A stretch of DNA of 38,055 bases from NCBI GenBank assembly GCA_035063585.1, contig JAPSGB010000042.1, positions 1 to 38,055 on the forward strand, in the 5' to 3' direction. The stretch is from Polyangiaceae bacterium. Lineage in GTDB: Bacteria; Myxococcota_A; Polyangia; Polyangiales; Polyangiaceae. Below the pieces are notes generated by a model. The model was not told where the DNA came from. It made no database searches and was given only the letters and a program-made list of their open reading frames with translations. The position numbers and the translations under genes are program-made. The first letter of the stretch is position 1. The number at the start of each line of letters is the position of its first letter. This document shows, piece by piece, positions 7,658 through 16,610 of this stretch.

Positions 7658-9211
7658 TCAGCGCCGGCGCGAGAGCGTCCAGAGCGTCGCGCCGTCTCGG
7701 GTCACGGTCGCGAGCGGATCGCCGTCCCGCGCAGCCCCCCGTGACAGCACGAGCGCGCCGCCCGAGGGCACCACGCGCACGCGGAGCCGCAGCCGCCCCG
7801 CGCGCGTTAGCGCGTCCCAGAGCGCAGCCGGTACGGAGTCGGCCGAGAGCGTCACCTCGTCCTCCGGGAGCCGATCGAGGGTGGGCGCTAGCACGCCGAG
7901 CTCACTGCCATCGCCCGCCGGGAGCCACGAGTGGAGGACCACCGCGCGCGCGCCGCCGGTGAGCGCGTCGAAGGACGCGCTCGCGGTCCGAGGCGCGCGG
8001 AGAGTCAGCGCGAGCAGGACGCCCGCGACGCCGGCCGCGCCGAACCGCCATCTGGCCGGGCCAAGAAGCGAGACGCTGGCGCGCTCGAGGCCCGCCGCAG
8101 CCGCGATGGCGACGAACGGTAGCGCGAGCTCGATTCGCGGGGGGAGCACCACGAGCGGCTCGGGCGCGAGCGCGGGCCCGAGCGCGGTCGCGGCGAGTCC
8201 GAGCGCGACGAGTCCGCCGAGCGCCGTGCGATCGGGCGGCGGTCGGAGCGCGCCGAGGGCGTACCGGCGCGCGAGCGTGCGGTGCGCGAAGACCACCAGC
8301 CCGAGGAGCGCGCCCGCGAGCAACACGGCGGGGAGCGAGAGCGTGAGCCAGAGCGGGCCGAAGCCCAGCGGGACCGACTCGCCCACCAGCTTGCCGGCGT
8401 AGAGGGTCGGGGCTCGCTCGGGCGCGAGCGGAGCGAGCACCCAGGCGACGAGCTCTAGCGGTTTCGCCCCCCAAAGCGCTGGGTTCAGGCCGTAGACGAA
8501 GACGGGCGCGAGCGCGAGCGCGCCCACGAGCGGCGCCGGCCACGGTTGCCGGCCGCGGCGCGCGAGCCTCCTCGAGAGCTCTCGACGCGCGAACAGGTGG
8601 TGGGCGACGACGAGCGGCACCACCCACAGCGCCGCGAGCGACACGCTCAGCGCTGCGCCGAGCGCGAGCGCGACGCTCGCGAAGCGCGGTCGGCCGCTCA
8701 GCGAACGGAGACAGGCGGCGATGACCAGCCACCACGCGCTGGCGAGCGCCGCCGAGTCCGCGCCCATGGACGCCGCGTGGAGCCACCGCGGGGTGACCAG
8801 CAGGAGCACGCCGGCGAGCAGCGCCGGCGCGCGGCCGAGCGAGCGGCGCGCGGCGACCACCACCAGCGCGGGGCCGAGCGCCGCGAGCGCGATCCACGGC
8901 AGCCGCGCGCTGGTCAGCGGATCGAGCAGGCCGAGGCGGCCGACGCTGAGGCGCGACCACGCGGCGAGCAGGCGAAGTAGAGTCTCCTCGCCGCCAAAGG
9001 ACGCGTATGCGGCGCGCGCGGACGGCGACCAGAGCTCGGAGGCGCCGCGGTTCGCGACCGCGCGCACTACCGCTTCGAGTGCTTCGACGCTCGCGAGCCG
9101 CGGGAGCTCGGCGAACGCCGGCGCGATGAAGCGAGACAGCGTGACCGCCAGCGTGAAGGCGACCAGGCCGAGGGCTGGCGCGTCCCACTCGCGCCGTCGC
9201 GCGCGGCTCAC
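7658..9211 (-). CDS. Polytopic membrane protein, ArnT/PMT-like (GT-C) glycosyltransferase
   Basis: About 10-12 hydrophobic segments, including SARLPW...ALLAGVLLLVTPRWLHAASMGADS and NPALW, which resemble the PMT_2 family. Confidence 0.55.
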   Translation of the reverse strand: MSRARRREWDAPALGLVAFTLAVTLSRFIAPAFAELPRLASVEALEAVVRAVANRGASELWSPSARAAYASFGGEETLLRLLAAWSRLSVGRLGLLDPLTSARLPWIALAALGPALVVVAARRSLGRAPALLAGVLLLVTPRWLHAASMGADSAALASAWWLVIAACLRSLSGRPRFASVALALGAALSVSLAALWVVPLVVAHHLFARRELSRRLARRGRQPWPAPLVGALALAPVFVYGLNPALWGAKPLELVAWVLAPLAPERAPTLYAGKLVGESVPLGFGPLWLTLSLPAVLLAGALLGLVVFAHRTLARRYALGALRPPPDRTALGGLVALGLAATALGPALAPEPLVVLPPRIELALPFVAIAAAAGLERASVSLLGPARWRFGAAGVAGVLLALTLRAPRTASASFDALTGGARAVVLHSWLPAGDGSELGVLAPTLDRLPEDEVTLSADSVPAALWDALTRAGRLRLRVRVVPSGGALVLSRGAARDGDPLATVTRDGATLWTLSRRR

Positions 9212-9288
9212 CTCGTCACCAGCGCGACCATGAGCTCGAGCGGCGCGAGCAGCAGGAGACCGAGCGCGAGCGCGCGCGGCAAGCTCAC
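9208..9288 (-). CDS. Putative 26-aa single-TM microprotein MSLPRALALGLLLLAPLELMVALVTR
   Basis: Its GTG start overlaps the TGA of the upstream TPR gene, and its TGA overlaps the GTG of the downstream gene (GTGA at both ends). It fills the gap exactly. Confidence 0.5.
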   Translation of the reverse strand: MSLPRALALGLLLLAPLELMVALVTR

Positions 9289-9998
9289 TCGACCGTCAGC
9301 GCTCGGACCGTCTGCTGGTAGCGTGGATCTCGGCGCAGGCCGAGAAACTCCGACTGCGTCCGCGAGCGACGGACGAAGTCCTCGATCGAGTTGTGATTGC
9401 GGAGAAAATGCGGGCGCCGGAGGGACTTCGCGATCACCAGGCACTCCCTGAAGTCGATGAGGCATGCGTCCACGTCCTTCGCCAGGCACTCGGCGCGCGC
9501 CGAGTTGTAGAAGACTTCGGCGCTCATGTTCCATTTCTTCTTGGACACCGCGAGCTCGGCCCTGGCCTTGGCGGCGTCCTTCAGCCGAAGAAACGCGAGG
9601 GCGCGGTCGAAGCGCAGGTAGTAGTCCTCGTACTCGGGGAGCGCGCAGCCCTCATCGCGCAGCGCCTGCGCGGCGTCGAAGTGGACGAGCGCCCTCCGCG
9701 CGGCGTCGTCGGCGCCCGCCGCGTCGTCGTAGAGTTCGACCTCGCCCAGCCAGACCAGCACGGTCGCGCTCGCGGGGTACCGCTTCACGAGCGCCCCCTG
9801 GAGCTGCCGCGCCGCTCGATAGTCCTTCGCGCGGAACGCGAGGATCCCGGGGCGAAGCTCGCTCGGCGGCGGATCCACGCTCACCCCTTCCGGGCAGGCG
9901 CGGCCGGTCGCGCGCGCCGCCGAGGCCGACGGCGCGGGGGCCGGGCCGGCCTTCGGCTCGCAGCCGACGAAGGCGGAGAGGACGGCGGCAGCGGTCAT
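9285..9998 (-). CDS. TPR-like helical lipoprotein
   Basis: Lipobox AFVGC after the ATG at 9998, and TPR-like segments (LVWLGEV, FDRALAFLRLKDAAKARAEL, VFYNSARAEC). Confidence 0.7.
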   Translation of the reverse strand: MTAAAVLSAFVGCEPKAGPAPAPSASAARATGRACPEGVSVDPPPSELRPGILAFRAKDYRAARQLQGALVKRYPASATVLVWLGEVELYDDAAGADDAARRALVHFDAAQALRDEGCALPEYEDYYLRFDRALAFLRLKDAAKARAELAVSKKKWNMSAEVFYNSARAECLAKDVDACLIDFRECLVIAKSLRRPHFLRNHNSIEDFVRRSRTQSEFLGLRRDPRYQQTVRALTVE

Positions 9999-10232
9999 CG
10001 CGTGCCCCGCGCCGAGTGGTCTCCCGAGCATTACCGAGCGCTAGCAAGGCGGTTTCGAGGGCACAACCGCCGATCCCCGACCGGCGCCGCCCGCCGGCCG
10101 GAGCCGCGAAGACGCCGGCAACGCAATGCGTCAATCGCTCCGCCGGGGAGCCGCGCTGTGAGACGGAGGAATTCATGCGATACTTGGCGAACAGGAAGCG
10201 CGTTGGCGTCCACCCGCAAGTCGAAGAGCACC

Positions 10233-10892
10233 ATGCCCCCAAGACCGGCGGGGACCGGGAAGACCGGACGTCCCCCGCCCATCCCCGCCCGCAAGGGCCG
10301 CTCGAGTCGGCCGCCGGCGAGCGGGACCGAGTCGGCGCGACCGCGTCTCTCGACGCTCGGCTACGAGGAGCGCGCGGTCGAGCGCGTCGCGGTGCGCCCG
10401 CCCGTCGACCGAGTCGCGTCGTCTCCCGAGATTGTCTTCGGCTCGGCACCGGCTGGCCGCGACACCCTCGCCCTCATCGCGAGCGAGCTCTCGAGCGTCG
10501 AACAGCCCTCCGGGGTGCGGCCACGCCGCGTGGTCGAGGCGCCGCTCATCACCACACGAGTCGAGCCGGCTGGCCGTGAGACGCTTGCCGCGATCGAGGC
10601 CGAGCTCGCGGAGGTGCTCGCGCCCGCGCCGAGTGAGACGGCGGGGGAGCCGAGGACGAGCGAGGCCGAGGACGAGATCTTCGAGATGGTGACCTTCGTG
10701 GTCCGCTCACCGGATTCGGCGCGGCTCGCGACCCCGAGCGCGCGCCGCCAGTTCGTCGAGGAGCGGCTGCTGCGTCGGCTACCCATCACCTCGATGGCGG
10801 ACGTCGATCGCGTCGACGTCACGCCGTGGACGGTCCGCGGCACGGTGATCGTGCGCGTCTGGTGCCGCCTCGAGCCGCTCAGCGCCGGCTAG
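10233..10892 (+). CDS. Hypothetical protein with disordered N-terminus, duplicated helix motif and small C-terminal alpha/beta domain
   Basis: 3' part of ORF 9393..10892. The 5' part of that ORF is antisense to the TPR gene, so the start is uncertain. Confidence 0.6.
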   Translation: MPPRPAGTGKTGRPPPIPARKGRSSRPPASGTESARPRLSTLGYEERAVERVAVRPPVDRVASSPEIVFGSAPAGRDTLALIASELSSVEQPSGVRPRRVVEAPLITTRVEPAGRETLAAIEAELAEVLAPAPSETAGEPRTSEAEDEIFEMVTFVVRSPDSARLATPSARRQFVEERLLRRLPITSMADVDRVDVTPWTVRGTVIVRVWCRLEPLSAG

Positions 10893-10931
10893 GCCCCGCC
10901 GGCCGAGCAGGACTCTGTTACCCTGGTCGCC

Positions 10932-12509
10932 ATGCGACCGGAGGATCGCGAGCGAGCGCAGCTCGAGGCAGCGGGTCGGGTCGTCGACCGGCACCTCCGT
11001 GCGGCGGGCGCAGCGCCGCACCGCTACCTCGAGGATCTGCTCGGAGATACGCTCTACGAAGAGCGCCGGCGCCTCGACCGGGCCGACCCGCGCGACCCGC
11101 GGACCCGCGCCGATCTCGCCTATTATCATCGCCTCCAGCGGGAGCTGCGGCATGCCTCGGGCGCAGATCTGGCGCGGCTCGTGGCGGACGTGGCACGTCG
11201 CTTCGCGCAGGAGATCGTAGGCAGCTTCGACGAGCGGGTATACCGCATCACGACCACCGCCGTCCCCGCGGGGCTGTCGCTCTTGCTCGGCGCCATGCGC
11301 CCCCGGCTCACCTCGCTCGACGAGCTACGGCGCGGCGTGGCAAGTCACCTCGAGCTCCGAGGCGCCGCCGAGCACGTTCGGAGGCTGGAAGGCCATGGGA
11401 CGCTGGTCGTGGTGCCCACGCACTCCTCACACCTCGACAGCATCGTGCTCGGCTATGCCGTGCACCTGCTGGGCATGCCGCCGCTCCTCTACGGCGCCGG
11501 GCTGAACCTCTTCGACAATCCGCTGGTGTCGTTCTTCATGAACCACCTCGGCGCCTACCGGATCGACCGCAAGAAGGGCGCGACGCTCTACAAGGACGTC
11601 CTCAAGGAGTACGCGAGCTACTCGCTCGAGCTCGGGTATCATAACCTCTTCTTCCCCGGAGGGACGCGGAGCCGCAGCGGCGCGGTCGAGAGGCACCTCA
11701 AGAAAGGGCTCCTCGGCACCACCATCCCCGCGTATCTCGCCGGGCTCGCGCGCAAGCAGGCGAAGCCGAACATCTACTACGCACCCTGCACGATCTCCTA
11801 CAAGCTGGTCCTCGAGGCCGAGACGCTCATCGACGACTATCTGAAAGAGACGGGGCGCTCGCAGTACGTGATCGACGATGACGAGTTCTCTCGACCGCGC
11901 CGTATCCTGAACTTCATGGCGGGGCTCGTGTCGATGGACAGCCGCATCGTGGTCACCTTCTCGCCCCCGCTCGACCTCTTCGGCAACCCGGTGGACGAAG
12001 CGGGGAGGAGCCTCGATCCACGCGGTCGCGTCATCGACCCCTCGAGCTACGTGACACGACACGGCGCGCCGGTCCACGACGAGCAGCGCGATCGGCAATA
12101 TACCGAGGAGGCGGCGCAGGCCATCGGGGCGGCCTTCCAGCGCGACACGGTCGTCCTCTCGACGCACGTGGTCGCGCACGCCATGTTCCGCTTGCTCGAG
12201 CGACACAACCCCGAGCTCGACCGCTATCGATTGCTCCGAACCGGCGGCGCCACGCCGTCGTTTCCCGTCGCTGAGCTCGCGCACGAGGTGGAGTGGGTGC
12301 TCGCCGCGCTCGAACGCCGCGCGGACGGTCCGCGAAAGGACGCCGAGCTCGGCCGGGACGCGGCGGCCATCATCGACGACGCCACTCGACACTTCGGGAC
12401 GTATCATCGCCAGGCAGCGCTCGTACGCCGCGGCGAACGGGTGTTTCATCAAGACCGGCCCCTGCTCCTCTACTACGGCAATCGCGTGGGCAGCCATGCG
12501 CTCGCCTAG
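10932..12509 (+). CDS. PlsB-like glycerol-3-phosphate O-acyltransferase
   Basis: Catalytic HxxxxD (PTHSSHLD), LGAYRIDR and FFPGGTRSRSG; adjacent to gpsA. Confidence 0.85.
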   Translation: MRPEDRERAQLEAAGRVVDRHLRAAGAAPHRYLEDLLGDTLYEERRRLDRADPRDPRTRADLAYYHRLQRELRHASGADLARLVADVARRFAQEIVGSFDERVYRITTTAVPAGLSLLLGAMRPRLTSLDELRRGVASHLELRGAAEHVRRLEGHGTLVVVPTHSSHLDSIVLGYAVHLLGMPPLLYGAGLNLFDNPLVSFFMNHLGAYRIDRKKGATLYKDVLKEYASYSLELGYHNLFFPGGTRSRSGAVERHLKKGLLGTTIPAYLAGLARKQAKPNIYYAPCTISYKLVLEAETLIDDYLKETGRSQYVIDDDEFSRPRRILNFMAGLVSMDSRIVVTFSPPLDLFGNPVDEAGRSLDPRGRVIDPSSYVTRHGAPVHDEQRDRQYTEEAAQAIGAAFQRDTVVLSTHVVAHAMFRLLERHNPELDRYRLLRTGGATPSFPVAELAHEVEWVLAALERRADGPRKDAELGRDAAAIIDDATRHFGTYHRQAALVRRGERVFHQDRPLLLYYGNRVGSHALA

Positions 12510-12528
12510 CTCCCGAAGCGCGCAACTC

Positions 12529-13560
12529 ATGAAGAACGATTCGTCGTCCCACGGAGAGCCGGTCGCGGTGGTCGGTGCGGGAAGCTGGGGAACGACCCTC
12601 GCGAAGCTCGTAGCCGAGAACGGCCGGAGGACGCTGCTCTGGGCGCGCAGCGAGGAGCTCTGCCGCGAGATCGAGGAGACTCGCGAGAACCGCGCCTACC
12701 TGCCCGGCGCCAAGCTGCCTCCCTCCCTCGAGGCGACCCACGATCTCGAGCGCGTGTGCGACGCGACCCGGCTCATCTTGCTCGTGGTGCCTTCGCACGG
12801 CTTGCGTGCGGTCGCCCGCCAGCTCGGCGATCACGTGAGCGGGGAGCACGTCGTGGTGCACGCGACGAAGGGCCTCGAGGAGGGCACCTTCAAGCGAATG
12901 ACCGAGATCCTTCGCGAGGAGACTTGCCTGCGCCAGCTCGGCGTGCTGACAGGTCCGAATTTGGCGCGAGAGCTCGCGGCGCGAGAGCCGGCTGGGACGC
13001 TCGTCGCCTCTCCCTACGACGACGTCTTCCGGCGCGCCCACGCGGCGCTCGAGTCGGACTATTTCCGCGTGTATCACAGCCACGACGTCATCGGCGCCGA
13101 GATCGGGGGGGCGTTCAAGAACATCGTGGCGCTCGCGGCCGGGCTCGTGAGCGGCCTCGGATACGGAGAGAACACCAAGGCGCTCATCCTCACGCGCTCG
13201 CTCAGCGAGATGGCGCGCCTCGGTACCGCGATGGGCGCCGATATCCTCACCTTCGGCGGCATGGCCGGCATCGGTGATCTCATGGCGACCGCCACCTCGA
13301 GGCTGTCTCGTAACTTCCAGGTCGGTGAGCGGCTGGCCCAGGGTGAGTCGCTCGAGCAGATCCAGGGCGCGATGAGGATGGTCGCCGAGGGCGTCAAGAC
13401 GACCCGCGCGGTGCGTGACTACGCCGAGCGGCGCCAGCTCGATTTGCCCATCGTGAGGGCGGTCTTCCGGCTCCTCTACCAGGGCGGTGACCCCCCGACG
13501 CTGCTCGCCGATCTGATGGCGATCCCCACCGGTCGAGAATTCGTCGCGCTCACCCCGTGA
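12529..13560 (+). CDS. gpsA: NAD(P)H-dependent glycerol-3-phosphate dehydrogenase
   Basis: GAGSWGT, TKGLE, GPNLA, GGAFKNIVALAAG, GIGDLMAT, SRN and AEGV motifs. Confidence 0.96.
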   Translation: MKNDSSSHGEPVAVVGAGSWGTTLAKLVAENGRRTLLWARSEELCREIEETRENRAYLPGAKLPPSLEATHDLERVCDATRLILLVVPSHGLRAVARQLGDHVSGEHVVVHATKGLEEGTFKRMTEILREETCLRQLGVLTGPNLARELAAREPAGTLVASPYDDVFRRAHAALESDYFRVYHSHDVIGAEIGGAFKNIVALAAGLVSGLGYGENTKALILTRSLSEMARLGTAMGADILTFGGMAGIGDLMATATSRLSRNFQVGERLAQGESLEQIQGAMRMVAEGVKTTRAVRDYAERRQLDLPIVRAVFRLLYQGGDPPTLLADLMAIPTGREFVALTP

Positions 13561-13610
13561 CGCGCGCAGAGCCGGCCGCAAGCAAAGGAAGGGGTGGTAT
13601 CCTCTCGCGC

Positions 13611-14045
13611 ATGAGCTACTCGGTGCTCATCGTCGATCCGGTGGTCGCGGTGAGCCACGCGCTCGGGCAGCACCTCGAGCGGCGCGGCCACTTCGTGGAG
13701 GTCGCGGCACGCGCCGCCGAGGCGGTCCGCATCAGGCGCCGCTTCGACTGCGCCGTGCTCAACACCGCGCTCGCGGACGGCAGCGGCCTCGAGCTCGCCG
13801 GGAGGCTGCTCGCGGAGAACCGCGCGGCGAGCGTGGTTTTCTACGGTGCGGAGACGGACATCGAGCTTCGTGTCCGCGCGAGCAACCTGGGAAGCTTCGT
13901 CCATCGCTCGGAGGGCATTCATCACCTCTCGCGGGTCATCGACGACGCGGTCGAAGATACCCAGGCCCGCGCGGCCTCCGCGAGCCGCTCGGAGCCTGCG
14001 ACCGGATACGACGACTTCAAGTCGGGCGCTCGACGAAAGCGCTGA
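13611..14045 (+). CDS. Single-domain pseudo-receiver (degenerate REC)
   Basis: REC fold pattern (SVLIVD...GHFV...FDCAVLNTALADGSGLEL...VVFY), but the phospho-Asp position is Asn. Confidence 0.75.
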   Translation: MSYSVLIVDPVVAVSHALGQHLERRGHFVEVAARAAEAVRIRRRFDCAVLNTALADGSGLELAGRLLAENRAASVVFYGAETDIELRVRASNLGSFVHRSEGIHHLSRVIDDAVEDTQARAASASRSEPATGYDDFKSGARRKR

Positions 14046-14135
14046 GTTCACGCCGCGAGGCGTGCCGGCTTGGGCCGAATGGCTAGGCGTCGTCGCGGAG
14101 CGCCCTTGCCTCTTGCGGAGACTTGCCGGAAGACT

Positions 14136-14150
14136 CGGGGTTTAACCCCG
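14136..14150. promoter_or_regulatory. Perfect palindrome CGGGGTT-T-AACCCCG upstream of the GltJ-like gene
   Basis: Seen directly, about 50 nt upstream of the ATG at 14199. Confidence 0.4.
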
Positions 14151-14198
14151 CCGATGCGAAGACGGCGTGGTAGATAGGCGCAAGGTGGAGCGAGTTCG

Positions 14199-16541
14199 AT
14201 GAACGTCTCATGCGCGCATTGCCCGGCCATGTACGCAGTTCCGGATGAGAAGGTCCGGGGACGGCGCGTCAAGATCAGCTGCAAGCGCTGCGGCTCGCCG
14301 ATCATCGTGGATGGCACCGCGCTCTCGAGCGTACCGCCGACCCCTGGCGCGCCGAGCACGAGGCCGGACGAGGCGCCCGCTCGGCAGGCGCGACGCCCCG
14401 AGACGGCACCGGCGGTAGAGGCGAAAGCACCCGAGCCGACCGCGGCGCGCCCCGCGCGCCGTAGCGCGGCCGCGCAGAAGACCATCCTCGGGCTCGCGGC
14501 GCCGAGCGCCGCGCATGCGCCCACCCCGCCGGTCGAGCCGCGCGGCGTGACGGCAGCCAGGTCGCAAGAGACTGCGCCCGCTGGGGCGCGCGCGGCGAGC
14601 CCTTCACCACTGGCGCCGCGCGTGGCCGCCTCGCGTGACGGTCTCGCGGCGCGAGCGGCGCGCGGGACGGACCGCCGCGCCATCAAGCAGACCATCCTCG
14701 GCGGCCTGCAGGCGCCTGTCGGTAGCACCGCTTACGCCGGGAAGGAGGTGGGCGTCCCGCGAGGGCTCGGCAAGCCCGCGCCGCAGCCAGAGCCCGAGTG
14801 GACGGTCGCGGTCACCGACGAGCACCACGAGGACATGGACACGCCCGAGATCGTCTCGCTCTTCGCCGCGGGGAAGATCCATGCGGAGACCTTCATCTGG
14901 AAGGATGGGATGGAAGACTGGCTCACGCCGTTCGAAATCCCTGAGATCGCGGAGGCCCTCAGAGCTCGCGGCCTGAAGCCGGCCGCCGAGACGAGCGAAC
15001 CGGCCGAGCCCGCGCGACCGGCGGGCGTATGGAGGGAGCCGGGGCAGTGGAGTAAGACCGCGACGCCCATCCCACCGCGCAGTGAGGTCAGCTTCGACGA
15101 CGTGACGGTCGCGCGGGCGATGCCCGAGATGGAGGCGCTGCTTCGCGCGGCCCGCTCTGCCGAGGCCACGCGCCCGGCGGCGGGCTCGACGAAGTACGAG
15201 GCGGACGAGCCGTCGCACGAAGACGTCACGGTCATCGGCCAAGGGCTGCCGGGGCTCCTCGACCAAGAGTTTTCGACGAACGACGTCACCGTCTCCATCC
15301 CCTCCCCGCTCCTCGAGTCCGCGGCCGCCGAGTCGGTGCGCGATTTCACGCCGCCGGCGGCGGCCGCGCACCCCGGGCCGGTCACACCGGCTCGAAGCAA
15401 CCCTCCGCTCGAGCATCCCCCGGCTCGCTCCCGACTTCCGAGCAGTCCGTCGATGGATTCAGCGCAAGGGACCGGCCTGCGGCCCGCATCCCGGCCCTCT
15501 TTGTCCGGGGAGGCCGAGCCCGGGCTCACCGGCGCTCGAAACGAGAGCTCGGTCCTCTTCTCACTCGATCAGCTCGTCAAGCAAGCTCGCGAGCCAGCCC
15601 AAGAGGAGCGCATCGACGAGTCGGCGCTGCTCACCCCCGGTCCGACGCGCGCGCGGGCCGCAGGGTCGGACGACCTCTTGGCCCTCGGCGGGAGCGGGCT
15701 GCTGATGGCCCCGCCCGCCGTATCCTCGACCGGACCGCTGACAGCGCCGGAGCCGGCGCAGGCGGTCCTCGCGGGTTCCCCCGCCGTCGTCGAACCACCT
15801 CGGCGCCGCGGGCGCGGCGGGCTCATCGCCGCGGTCTTGCTCTTCGTCATCATCGCTGGCGCAGCCGGCGCGGTCCTGTCCGGGCGCGCTCGGGGGTGGC
15901 TCGGGGCGCTCGCCGGCGTTCCTGAACCGGACGTGAGCGCTCGGGGCCCGAGCACGCCTTCGCTCGAGCCCGCGCAAGAGCCCTCGGCGGCTCGGAGCCC
16001 GACGCTCGCGGCCGACGCCGCCGCGATCCCGTCGGGCGGCGCCGAGGCGTCGACGGCACCGGGGAGCCCTGGTTCAGCCGCGCTCCCGACGGCCACCGAA
16101 GCCGAGCCGCGCCCCCGCGGCGCAACCGGCAATGGGAAAGACGGCCCGGCCGCGCCAGCCGACCCGGCCGAGCCGAATGGCCACGCCGAGCCGAATGACC
16201 AGGCCGCGCCGAATGGCCAGGCCGCGCCCACCGAGAGCGCGCCGCCCGCGCCAACCCCCTCCGTCGCCATCCCCGCCGAGTTCGATCGCGCGGCGGCGAC
16301 GGCCGCGCTCGGAAGCGCCGCCGGAGCAGCGGCCAGCTGCAAGCAGCCGGATGGCCCGACCGGCAGCGGCCACGTGGCGGTCACCTTCGCCCCCTCCGGT
16401 CGCGCCACGAACGCGATCGTGACCGGGGATTTCGCGGGCACCGCGGTCGGCGGGTGCGTCGCCCGAATCTTCCGGAGCGCCACGGTGCCCCCGTTCAGCG
16501 GAGGCCCGATCACCGTCGGCAAGAGCTTCTCGATCCGTTGA
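14199..16541 (+). CDS. Zinc-ribbon + GYF_2 + TM + periplasmic C-terminal domain protein (GltJ/AgmX-like architecture)
   Basis: N-terminal CAHC...VKISCKRC (MJ0042-type ribbon), GYF_2 motif WTVAV...GKIHAETFIWKDGMEDW, TGARNESSVLFSL, one TM, and C-terminal C...G.V.VTFAPSG...VGGCV...PPFSG. Confidence 0.8.
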   Translation: MNVSCAHCPAMYAVPDEKVRGRRVKISCKRCGSPIIVDGTALSSVPPTPGAPSTRPDEAPARQARRPETAPAVEAKAPEPTAARPARRSAAAQKTILGLAAPSAAHAPTPPVEPRGVTAARSQETAPAGARAASPSPLAPRVAASRDGLAARAARGTDRRAIKQTILGGLQAPVGSTAYAGKEVGVPRGLGKPAPQPEPEWTVAVTDEHHEDMDTPEIVSLFAAGKIHAETFIWKDGMEDWLTPFEIPEIAEALRARGLKPAAETSEPAEPARPAGVWREPGQWSKTATPIPPRSEVSFDDVTVARAMPEMEALLRAARSAEATRPAAGSTKYEADEPSHEDVTVIGQGLPGLLDQEFSTNDVTVSIPSPLLESAAAESVRDFTPPAAAAHPGPVTPARSNPPLEHPPARSRLPSSPSMDSAQGTGLRPASRPSLSGEAEPGLTGARNESSVLFSLDQLVKQAREPAQEERIDESALLTPGPTRARAAGSDDLLALGGSGLLMAPPAVSSTGPLTAPEPAQAVLAGSPAVVEPPRRRGRGGLIAAVLLFVIIAGAAGAVLSGRARGWLGALAGVPEPDVSARGPSTPSLEPAQEPSAARSPTLAADAAAIPSGGAEASTAPGSPGSAALPTATEAEPRPRGATGNGKDGPAAPADPAEPNGHAEPNDQAAPNGQAAPTESAPPAPTPSVAIPAEFDRAAATAALGSAAGAAASCKQPDGPTGSGHVAVTFAPSGRATNAIVTGDFAGTAVGGCVARIFRSATVPPFSGGPITVGKSFSIR

Positions 16542-16610
16542 CGTGACCCACCCGGCCCACTCACGGTCCGAACCCGCACGCGCGGTGGCCTCGCGCTCGG
16601 GTGGTCGCTC

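Noticed and set aside
16167..16229. 18-bp imperfect repeats (AEPNGH/AEPNDQ/AAPNGQ) in the GltJ-like gene
   Set aside because: This is ordinary low-complexity linker expansion with no sign of separate function.
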